From Candidatus Omnitrophota bacterium (GTDB taxonomy: Bacteria; Omnitrophota; Gorgyraeia; JABMRN01; RBG-13-46-9): DNA of 64,000 bases. Position 1 is the first letter of the stretch. Every line of letters starts with the position of its first letter. Under the pieces are notes generated by a model, which saw only the letters and a list, made by a program, of their open reading frames with translations, searched no databases and was not told the DNA's origin. The stretch is taken from the NCBI GenBank assembly GCA_013203315.1, contig JABMQJ010000020.1:6774-70773 (forward strand), in the 5' to 3' direction. A program made the translations under genes and the position numbers. Shown one piece after another: positions 58,301 to 64,000 of the stretch.

Positions 58301-60432
58301 GACACAGAGGCCCACACAAGCGCATGTGGATCGTCTCCAATTTTGCAGTCAACATCATAATCAATTATTACATCCGGGCCGCCCATGATATTTGGTATAA
58401 CTTGCGTATGCGATTCATGCTGTAGCCCCCCTCTATCTATCGAAGCTGACTTATACTCTGCTAGCGCAACTTCTACTGCTTCTAGTTTGTCCTGCGCTTC
58501 CGCTAAGTTAATAGGCGTGAGTTCGTGCCCGGGGTCGGCAATTTCGGGTTCGGCTTTTACATATTCGTTATCACTGTCTCGCATAAAGCGTTCCCTTCTT
58601 ACGAGGCGGCCGGTTTCGTCTTTAAACTCCAGCACAAAGTCTTTACCCGCATCGGTTGTGCGTCTTAGGATTACAGCAAGCCTACTTATGTCGGGTTCGT
58701 TTGCGGATACGCCCATTTCACTGAACATGCTCTGTATGGCGAGGGCGCGTGTGGATATAGCATCTCTTATGATCTCTTCTTCCTTTATGAGGCCGCCGCT
58801 TAAGAGCTTAAAGTATGGACGGTTCTTGCGTTTCTTAAATTTAGGCAGGATGCCTATGTAAGAGTAGCCTTTTTTCGCGAGGAGTTTTTCCAAGTTCTTT
58901 CCGTGGAAACCGCCTGTTACTATAATTGCGGCCTGCGGTCGCGGTGGCGTCTGGCGAATCGTTGGACGTTTTGTGTCGGGCGGTTTTTTAAATGCTAATT
59001 CGATATTCTTTAGGAACGCATGGTCGCGTTTGAAGGCAATTTTATAGAATTTCTCGGTCTTTTCCCTGTACGAGTCAAGGCGCTTAATGTCGTCGGGTAA
59101 GTTGGCGTTTATTTTATACTTAGGCGATTCGCGCGTTATAAAGGATGAAAAATGTTTCGTATTTAGAGAGCTTTTGTTTTTAACGTAATAGTCGTAGTCA
59201 CCTCTTGTGATGGAAGCCTTAAATAGGTCTTTTAAGATTGAGAGGCCTTTTGAAAGTGCGTAGAGTTCTTTTTGTGTGTCGTTACCGAAGAGGCTCTCGG
59301 CGATTTCCGCTTCGAGTGTCTCGATTTCGTCAAATAAGGCTTGCTTATCCAGAGATTTAAATTTATCAACATACTTTTTATACTTGAAAAGTTCGGGGCA
59401 TTTTTCACTCACATTGATATATGCGGGCTTTGCCTTTTTAAATAGATACGCGTAAAACTCGGCTGAATCAATGTTACCCTGTTTGAACGCGAGAGACTTC
59501 CTGACAAGAGTTTCTATTTCAGTTTTCGATAGCCTTTTAGACAAACTGTCTATAAGATTATTTCTTTCGGAATTGGTAGTTTTTAAATCTATATCTTTTT
59601 CAAGTGTCGCAAGTTGGATAAAGTTAGAAAAGTTTTCGTATTTTGTTATATCAATCCCGGATTTTTGAGCAGTTTCCGCAAGAGACGCGAGATATTTATG
59701 CAACTCCGATTTCCCACCTGTGAAGGCGCGCTTTTCGTTCTCGAACTCTTTGAGACTGCTTGAGTAGATATCACGCTTTAGATTATTTAAATAATGTTCA
59801 AGCGTTTTTAATATCTCTTCGCGGTGGGTTTTATATTGCAGGCTTTCTCTGTAGGCGCTAAGGTCAGCGAAGTATAGCTTCGGATCTTCAAGGCCCTTCA
59901 AGGTTATTTTTTCAGGGTTCATTATGCCGAATAATTCAGCGCCGGTTACCCTTCCTTCTTTTACGAAATAATCGGCTAGTTTTCCCCTCGAGGTTTTATC
60001 CTTGATATCCGTAAAGACAGAGAGGTCATAGTTTCCGGCGCCACCTTCCAGAAACGCTAAGTCCACGTCGTATTCGGTGTTTAAATAATTTATTATCGAC
60101 TCTATGGATTTCTGGCAACCGTAATCGCAGTGTGAGTCCTGGATGTGGATAATAGTGCGGTTTGTAGTGGCAGTAACGCCAGGTGAACTGGAAGCGTTCA
60201 CATGACCTAAGGAAGGCGGGAGGGTGAAGGTTTCAGGGTTTAGGGTGCCCGGGCCACCGGTCCTGTTAGAGCTGACGCGAGTAAGCTCTAAAGGCTTTTT
60301 GGCGGCCCAGGCAAAGTCTAACGGAAGTGATGTAATAAAAAAGGCAATCGCTGTAATTAAAGCGACTGCCCTAATTGGTCCTTTATGTCGTAATAGATTA
60401 TTATTATGTCGTTTTTGTCTCGCGTCTTCCAT
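52363..60432 (-). CDS. giant (2689 aa) membrane-anchored multidomain protein with GHKL-ATPase-like and two SAM-methyltransferase-like domains
   Basis: Uninterrupted 8-kb ORF. N-terminal TM 'IRAVALITAIAFFITSLPL'. Internal TM clusters (about 57100-57260 and 55920-56100). MTase-like motif I 'IVILGFTGAEF' (about 56700) and 'VFEFGSGDGSTAY' with 'DIVYLYYPEP' (about 53300-53800). GHKL N-box/G-boxes 'NIIMHGGGGNIEV...IGIDEGPGM...GYGLRII' (about 54400-54800). Confidence 0.6.
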   Translation of the reverse strand: MEDARQKRHNNNLLRHKGPIRAVALITAIAFFITSLPLDFAWAAKKPLELTRVSSNRTGGPGTLNPETFTLPPSLGHVNASSSPGVTATTNRTIIHIQDSHCDYGCQKSIESIINYLNTEYDVDLAFLEGGAGNYDLSVFTDIKDKTSRGKLADYFVKEGRVTGAELFGIMNPEKITLKGLEDPKLYFADLSAYRESLQYKTHREEILKTLEHYLNNLKRDIYSSSLKEFENEKRAFTGGKSELHKYLASLAETAQKSGIDITKYENFSNFIQLATLEKDIDLKTTNSERNNLIDSLSKRLSKTEIETLVRKSLAFKQGNIDSAEFYAYLFKKAKPAYINVSEKCPELFKYKKYVDKFKSLDKQALFDEIETLEAEIAESLFGNDTQKELYALSKGLSILKDLFKASITRGDYDYYVKNKSSLNTKHFSSFITRESPKYKINANLPDDIKRLDSYREKTEKFYKIAFKRDHAFLKNIELAFKKPPDTKRPTIRQTPPRPQAAIIVTGGFHGKNLEKLLAKKGYSYIGILPKFKKRKNRPYFKLLSGGLIKEEEIIRDAISTRALAIQSMFSEMGVSANEPDISRLAVILRRTTDAGKDFVLEFKDETGRLVRRERFMRDSDNEYVKAEPEIADPGHELTPINLAEAQDKLEAVEVALAEYKSASIDRGGLQHESHTQVIPNIMGGPDVIIDYDVDCKIGDDPHALVWASVSIRGEAQPVGRFSFKIGLDNSRAKKIELRQYYPIGPFGSPVWEAHQNKGISQTCLYWLSTLGVALNIDEITKSTPRLFELHVFRKYFADNVEIDGKSHSTQESDNVGIYDKDICGTVAILDDSKNITGQCTLEYIKDSRNKYRVTDTDSSVPSIGSTLEIRKGYLYDNLGQCLGVAQRSDAEEVRFYGKPKIPNDIQKPDIEIEIPESIKELLGGSDKPSPAAVHTLPNAMLRFISHRISNRLAERIVRIHENSHWFMDWITGRGDGEVIVLRDEDGYVIGGKYLTRDAFIIDNIPITEGMDKGDLTRAVRNVEGLSGEYRTFLMGFDYRDYRNYTVEQLKEELKHGAGFRHPRLVTLAGPLGVLGVGGIPSLITGLIMHSFGIDPLIIWTTITAIMSPFLILEIANLNPFNSRSDFHRAFFRMRTGEARTGEPQPTTPENEKELARVRERLRRKVAIVTDDMLEKYLPPEGLKWDNDGWRKLLVTPLRGGSEPLYPSITFPMFVERENNILNSAGINLDEFTRDREIVILGFTGAEFYEIAEQCPNASRYHLVNYSQEAIIEEGNYVWNMFPELRERVSVYNIDAEEIGEHIPSNSICLLRATGIFSYEYSTELRMKRIRDIARKVVLPDGVIMLRFSAGPTEWQDSERERISKEIENDAGVIFAEGIYFIFKNSAAPEAEGEVPTLTRGFWQKIPVIGKLLAWLQMTWHEARHAMVDRFRGEIDFNEGVYKATKGESFKHPALVAIAPYAITLIQVLLTLFLTHDLFFEMPLFAAPLYTKVIAIVVTGLVVLDDALNLALSFSKKHPKSDLKQFVRALRGEPVDEVHTETGQPADRESAEAVDAEMQALIDRYQRIKGFNKLNRRQLRDILKVASALENTGARVEEFEKTVRVDIGDPKRPLDSSRTSVKADMVISRENETGKTEEWLVEIKIPKQASAEQAIDTFFKPERGEHKQWERYEIVINNTHYVGVILAITRFHPDHELGKIEPIEEKEGFHSFFTVEGTTEYSPGEIKPDEAAPRELAAAQDYYAQLPADRRDLLDTFMQNYPEDPVLRNIVAAVMLDRADGGIERDEAIQAISVHLGESNTARAEALLTQLRSAGILSMAKKPEPTPLDAGGPAFTWHFTEEADRERAILQGTAFVDALDEFLNTINLGIYNKDITDACGEMVFNIIMHGGGGNIEVRYTEDAGGSKKLEVIGIDEGPGMENPDALLQESINTDKTHRAWLDDGTIQRPDEGYGLRIIVIFPDNVTIETRGERWVKRGKCLRFGEYSLEIVEEIESTLRLERVDAPDPVVEKGTRITLTWEKKEEGEVGLPDREASAPEPSQPAVRESAEPTLPPQGGGRSDLTEHAQDAATSAENLVQHVIGNPYPHIIVTIVDALWMSPTDMADPSQPARGDMHKLKKFGRLLMSNRAISDDLKQAFEDRYGALTSEALKRGDYVQKTPMVDQSETVQKRVKRCIYDLYIELYLKLGWAQEIPGTNNVTIDELTNVKYGKFQITFNEIFDELAEFAEIKNGTKVFEFGSGDGSTAYKMASYGASVDGMEVEESLFLVSNSVRQWFLNMIARNFDGTLDPEVASNLTEVVNRVHFEHKDIFNANVDFSEYDIVYLYYPEPDQNKQEFLDQLNAIMSHPERGLREDAKLVILRQGSDNAIPLQGLEIIDSKTVPITLSKYIEACTFYKYQRKKATTPGPPEFAVKQAPVEESPRVDTGDYGFAPKMVTPPMDREHLEETIKQGQKAVEAVGMIPPCTVVVAVKSESDKFSVLSECNSFANRLKTSGNRMAKWMNIENESGPIKFLVYVDDGTTSDENMARMDKVVTDIEGIKAANPQETVFTWILKDDRRKDASEYQARLASLRELGAHIAALQGEYVPAVPQMQIGLLMAKLIDFKKQGNGDEGSISATVNAIIESINRLTRKNYDSLKAELQLADIEKLSELLNGSFVLVLPDIELEDADTAMSDFRRCESQTMSSL

Positions 60433-60481
60433 TTTGTCTCGCGTCTTTCGGTTTAAGTTATTAAACCTTTAAACAAACTGG

Positions 60482-60510
60482 TGAAAAAAAATACCGGCTA
60501 ACGCCGGTTA
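60482..60510 (-). terminator. intrinsic terminator (downstream copy of tandem pair) after RND gene
   Basis: Minus-strand reading: 'CCGGC-GTTA-GCCGG' followed by 'TATTTTTTTT'. Confidence 0.45.
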
Positions 60511-60520
60511 TACCCCTCCG

Positions 60521-60548
60521 GTAAAAAAATACTGGCTAACGCCAGTAA
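60521..60548 (-). terminator. intrinsic terminator (upstream copy of tandem pair) after RND gene
   Basis: Minus-strand reading: 'CTGGC-GTTA-GCCAG' followed by 'TATTTTTTTA'. The stem differs from the other copy by compensatory C/T + G/A changes. Confidence 0.45.
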
Positions 60549-60604
60549 CCCCTCGCGTCTAATACTATTAACACGTAATAATGTATATTATTTCAGTATA
60601 ACAG

Positions 60605-63600
60605 CTATCTTTTTGATAACTTAACGAGAAGGGTGGGGACTACCTCTTTTATGCGTTCAAAGGTCGTGTAGATGGCCGGAACAAGGAGCAGGGTTAGCGG
60701 TGTAGCGACAAGCAGGCCCCCGATTACGGTTATTGCAAGCGGGTTCCAGAGGTTTGCGCCTTCGGATTTATCCAGGGCCATGGGTAAAAGCCCCATCACG
60801 GTTGTCGCGGTTGTCATGACTACGGGCCTTAGCCTGTCGTGCGCTGCCTGGATTACTACGTGGAATAAGCTTTTATTTTTCTTTCTTAAGAAATTTATGT
60901 GGTCAACTAGAATGATACCGTTATTGACAACGATACCCGCAAGCATCATCATGCCTATGAGAGCGCCCATGCCGATAGCGGTTTTTGTAACATAAAGAGC
61001 CAGGATCGCCCCTATAGAGGCAAGAAGCACTGTCCCCATAATGATAAGCGGCTGATAGTAGGACTCAAAAAGCGAGGCCAGGACTATAAAAATTAAGGCT
61101 AAAATTACCCAAATAATAAGGCCGAATTCTTTCTGGGTCTTAACCATGGAAGGGTAATTGCCCCCAAGTCTATAAAAGTAATTTTCGGGAAATTTCATGT
61201 CTTCAAGGGCCTCTTTTATTTTCTCGGCGGCCTTGCTTAAGGGTATCTCCCCGATATTGGTGCTAACCTGAATCATACGCGAGCGGTCCTTCCGCCATAT
61301 TTCACTCGGGCCCAGGCCGTATTCGAAATCCGCTATCTGGTCCAGAAACACTTTCTTGCCGTCTTCTGTAACCATTACAAGTTTGTGTACGTCCTTAAAC
61401 GTTTTTCTATACCGCTCTTCGAGTCTGCCGATCATCTCGACTTCTTTCGATTCCGTGTGGAAAAGCGTGGCCCGAAGCCCCCGCATCTGGGCGTGAACTA
61501 TCGTGGATATGTCGCTAACAGACATGTCGTATTGCGCCGCTTTATTTTTATCGACTTTCAAACCGAGTTCCGGCCTTCCTTCCCTCATGCGTATTTTTGT
61601 GTCCGTAAATCTCGGGATCGAGCCAAGCTTCGTAGCAATTGAGATAGCGAGTTCGCGCAATATGTCATAGTCATATCCGAAAAGGTCCAGAATAATTTCT
61701 TTGGTACCGACTTCTTGTTCTTCTTCAAAATATATAAAAGCGGGTTTGATCTTCGCGACCTTGGGCCTTAAGTCGTCTATGATTTCCGTAATGGCTTTTT
61801 TTCGCTGGTCCAGGGGTAGGAGTTCGACATAAACTTTGCTGGACCACGGTTCGACTCTCGCGTTAAAGAGCTTTATTTCCGGTATGTCTTTTAATAAATT
61901 TTCCACTTTTTTTACGGTCTCGTTGCTTATATCAAGCTTGGTTCCCGTCGGTAATTCAACGAAAATCGTAAATTTATTCTGCTCCGTGGTACCTATAAAT
62001 TCTTTTCCCATGCGCGTCGCCAAAAACAAACACGCGATGAAGGCTGCAATTACTATGGCAAATACTATAAATCGCTTTTTGAGAATAAATATGAGCGCTT
62101 TCTTTTGCAGGTTATATAATGGGCCGAGCAAGTCCGTTGTACTTTTTGTTATTTTTATCCGCGAGGATAATAGAGGAACTATTGTAAGCGCCACGAAAAA
62201 AGAAATTCCTAGTGAAAATATAACGGTCCAGGCCACGCCCCTGTAAAGTAGCCCCATTTCTTTACCGGCAAATAATATCGGGAAAAATACTATTATGGTG
62301 GTGAGGGTGGAGGCCCAGATTACAAGAAACATTTCATATGCGCCGTCGATTGCGGCTTGTACCTGTTTTTTTCCTTGTTCGATTTTAGTCAGTATATGTT
62401 CAAAGACCACTATGGAGTTATCGACAAGCATCCCTACCCCGAGGGCCAGTCCTGACATGGTGATAAAATTTATGCTTAGCTTGTATAGCTCCATCAATCC
62501 GAACGTAATTATTATCGAGATGGGAATGGAAGCAGCGACAATCATTATGGGGCGCAGCTCTTGCCTTATCAAGAAAATTACGACAGAGACCAGTAGCATA
62601 ACATATAATGCCTTTATCGGCATAAACATTACCCCAATAATGGCAATGGCAATAAATATAGAATATTTCTTTTTAATTCTGCCAAGGAAAAAAGCCAAAA
62701 TGAACATTATGAGAACAGCGCCTTTAAGAAGTGAGTTTTTTAAATTATCTATGGATTTTTTTATAAAATCGGCCTGGTTGCTCGTGACGATAATTTTTAT
62801 GTCATCCGGCATGATCTCTCTTATTCTCTCCACCTCTTTCATGAGGCCTTCTACGATCTGGATGGTGTTACCGGTGGATTCTTTCTGAATGTAAAGCGAA
62901 ACCACGGGCCTTATATTTATTCTTGCGTAACCCTTTGGCTCCAAATGCGAATCCCTGACCTCCGCCACATCCCCTAATCTTACTATGGAGCCATCGGGTG
63001 TAGTGGAAACGCCTATTTTTTTAATGTCCTCTATGGATTCGAATTCACCTATGGTTCTTATCAGGTATTTATTCTTTTCTTGTTTTATCTCGCCCGATAA
63101 TAAATTCAGATTATTGGTGCCGAGCATACTTATTATCCTCTGTATGGGTAATGAGTATTTCGCGAGGGCCCGCTGGTCAACCTCTACCAGTATTTTCCTT
63201 TCCCGTCCGCCGCCTACCTCGACATTCGCGACGCCCGATATCCTTTTTACGCGCTCCTTGACTACTTCGTCTACAATCTTGCGTATCCCCTCGGTAGTTC
63301 GCCTTAAAGACGTTACAGCGAGAATTAGTATCGGAACATCCGAACGTTTAAATTGCGCTATTACGGGTTTCTCGGCCGATTCCGGAAGTTTATTTTTGAC
63401 TCGCGCGAATTTTTCTCTCACATCAAGCGCCACAAAGTCCATGTTTATGCCGGGTTCGAAACTCAAAACGATAGTAGCTTCTCCTTCTTTGGAAATGGAA
63501 AGCATTTCTTCCAGGTGGCTTACAGTACTTACGGCTTCCTCTATGGGCTTGGTAACCATTGATTCTACTTCCGTAGGCGGAATACCCCCTCTTATCTGGA

Positions 63601-63745
63601 CAATAATACTGATCTCGCCGAAAGATATGTTGGGATGGAGTTCAACTGGGAGCCTGGTGAGTGATATGAGCCCTATCAGGATAAGGGCGATAAAACACAT
63701 TGCCGTCGCAACGGGCCTTTTTATGGCAAGTTCGGGTAAGTTCAT
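60605..63745 (-). CDS. RND efflux transporter permease (AcrB/HAE1 family)
   Basis: 1046 aa, 12 TM with two large periplasmic loops. N-terminal 'MNLPELAIKRPVATAMCFIALILIG' and conserved TM4/TM10 regions. Confidence 0.75.
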   Translation of the reverse strand: MNLPELAIKRPVATAMCFIALILIGLISLTRLPVELHPNISFGEISIIVQIRGGIPPTEVESMVTKPIEEAVSTVSHLEEMLSISKEGEATIVLSFEPGINMDFVALDVREKFARVKNKLPESAEKPVIAQFKRSDVPILILAVTSLRRTTEGIRKIVDEVVKERVKRISGVANVEVGGGRERKILVEVDQRALAKYSLPIQRIISMLGTNNLNLLSGEIKQEKNKYLIRTIGEFESIEDIKKIGVSTTPDGSIVRLGDVAEVRDSHLEPKGYARINIRPVVSLYIQKESTGNTIQIVEGLMKEVERIREIMPDDIKIIVTSNQADFIKKSIDNLKNSLLKGAVLIMFILAFFLGRIKKKYSIFIAIAIIGVMFMPIKALYVMLLVSVVIFLIRQELRPIMIVAASIPISIIITFGLMELYKLSINFITMSGLALGVGMLVDNSIVVFEHILTKIEQGKKQVQAAIDGAYEMFLVIWASTLTTIIVFFPILFAGKEMGLLYRGVAWTVIFSLGISFFVALTIVPLLSSRIKITKSTTDLLGPLYNLQKKALIFILKKRFIVFAIVIAAFIACLFLATRMGKEFIGTTEQNKFTIFVELPTGTKLDISNETVKKVENLLKDIPEIKLFNARVEPWSSKVYVELLPLDQRKKAITEIIDDLRPKVAKIKPAFIYFEEEQEVGTKEIILDLFGYDYDILRELAISIATKLGSIPRFTDTKIRMREGRPELGLKVDKNKAAQYDMSVSDISTIVHAQMRGLRATLFHTESKEVEMIGRLEERYRKTFKDVHKLVMVTEDGKKVFLDQIADFEYGLGPSEIWRKDRSRMIQVSTNIGEIPLSKAAEKIKEALEDMKFPENYFYRLGGNYPSMVKTQKEFGLIIWVILALIFIVLASLFESYYQPLIIMGTVLLASIGAILALYVTKTAIGMGALIGMMMLAGIVVNNGIILVDHINFLRKKNKSLFHVVIQAAHDRLRPVVMTTATTVMGLLPMALDKSEGANLWNPLAITVIGGLLVATPLTLLLVPAIYTTFERIKEVVPTLLVKLSKR

Positions 63746-63763
63746 AGCGTTATGGTGTCAAAT

Positions 63764-64000
63764 TTATTTCTTAAACAGTTTCGTAGTCACTTCGTGCGAT
63801 AACAGATAAATTGCAGGAACAACCAGCAAGGTAAGAAAAGTAGAAACAAATAAACCGCCGATAACGCTTATGGCTAACGGGCTTCGCAGTTCTGATCCTT
63901 CGCCTATCGCCAGTGCCATCGGCACAAGCCCAAGTATCGTTGTCATTGCAGTCATGAGAATCGGGCGCAGGCGCGCCTTGCTCGCCTCAACCACAGAATC
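63764..64000 (-). CDS. RND efflux permease, C-terminal fragment (gene continues beyond window end)
   Basis: C-terminal RND TM11-12 sequence 'RPILMTAMTTILGLVPMALAIGEGSELRSPLAISVIGGLFVSTFLTLLVVPAIY'. Open frame to the window edge. Confidence 0.6.
   Translation of the reverse strand, partial: DSVVEASKARLRPILMTAMTTILGLVPMALAIGEGSELRSPLAISVIGGLFVSTFLTLLVVPAIYLLSHEVTTKLFKK

Noticed and set aside
60482-60548. Possible CRISPR-like or mobile-element terminal repeats
   Set aside because: Each copy is hairpin + U-tract in terminator orientation on the minus strand directly after a gene. No flanking transposase/integrase or target-site duplication.
1-64000. Mobile genetic elements, tRNA/rRNA genes
   Set aside because: No transposase, integrase, recombinase or phage structural genes recognised in any frame. 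All intergenic regions are under 300 nt and none shows tRNA-like conserved T-loop/anticodon architecture on inspection.

Overview
This 64-kb window comes from a diderm (Gram-negative-type) bacterium and is almost entirely coding. Nearly every gene is on the minus strand. There are no rRNA or tRNA genes, no CRISPR array and no transposase or integrase.

Gene blocks, in order along the window:
1. 1-7.5 kb: a TonB-dependent receptor (truncated at the window edge), pabB/pabC-like folate genes, a NIL-ferredoxin plus UPF0280 pair, a pdaD-speB pair for arginine-to-putrescine conversion (pyruvoyl-dependent arginine decarboxylase plus agmatinase), and htpX.
2. 7.7-9.6 kb, plus strand: an outer-membrane beta-barrel protein, then two tandem c-di-GMP-I (GEMM-I) riboswitch aptamers. 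Each aptamer sits in front of a small gene, and a near-consensus sigma70 promoter and terminator-like hairpins lie around them.
3. 9.6-18.4 kb, minus strand: a pilus-like surface-fibre locus. It has five paralogous secreted subunits ending in a shared G-x-Y-T-x-T-V-T-Y-T-type C-terminal strand (SCPU/Csu-pilin-like), a PapD-like periplasmic chaperone, and in the usher position a 1497-aa protein with TPR repeats, an acidic linker, a beta-barrel and C-terminal beta-sandwich domains. An intercistronic stem-loop follows the putative major-subunit gene.
4. 18.5-37 kb: an exopolysaccharide/O-antigen-type cluster. Standard parts are a WbaP-like priming transferase, GT2/GT4/GT9/WecB glycosyltransferases, a Wzx flippase, Wzy, a Wzc-like kinase, Wza and a deacetylase. 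Unusually it also holds four radical-SAM enzymes (one B12-binding), and a GH5-family hydrolase.
5. 37-52 kb: a mannan/beta-mannoside-type sugar utilisation locus. It has a ROK regulator, a solute-binding protein plus two ABC permeases, an MFS/GPH symporter, a GH130 phosphorylase, a phosphohexomutase, a GH116-like enzyme, two paralogous TIM-barrel glycosidases and two paralogous secreted beta-sandwich proteins.
6. 52.4-60.4 kb: a single 2689-aa membrane-anchored giant protein with a GHKL-ATPase-like domain and two SAM-methyltransferase-like domains.
7. 60.6-64 kb: RND efflux permease genes.

The most interesting material is the riboswitch-flanked pilus-like locus with its atypical giant outer-membrane component, the radical-SAM-rich polysaccharide cluster and the giant multidomain protein.
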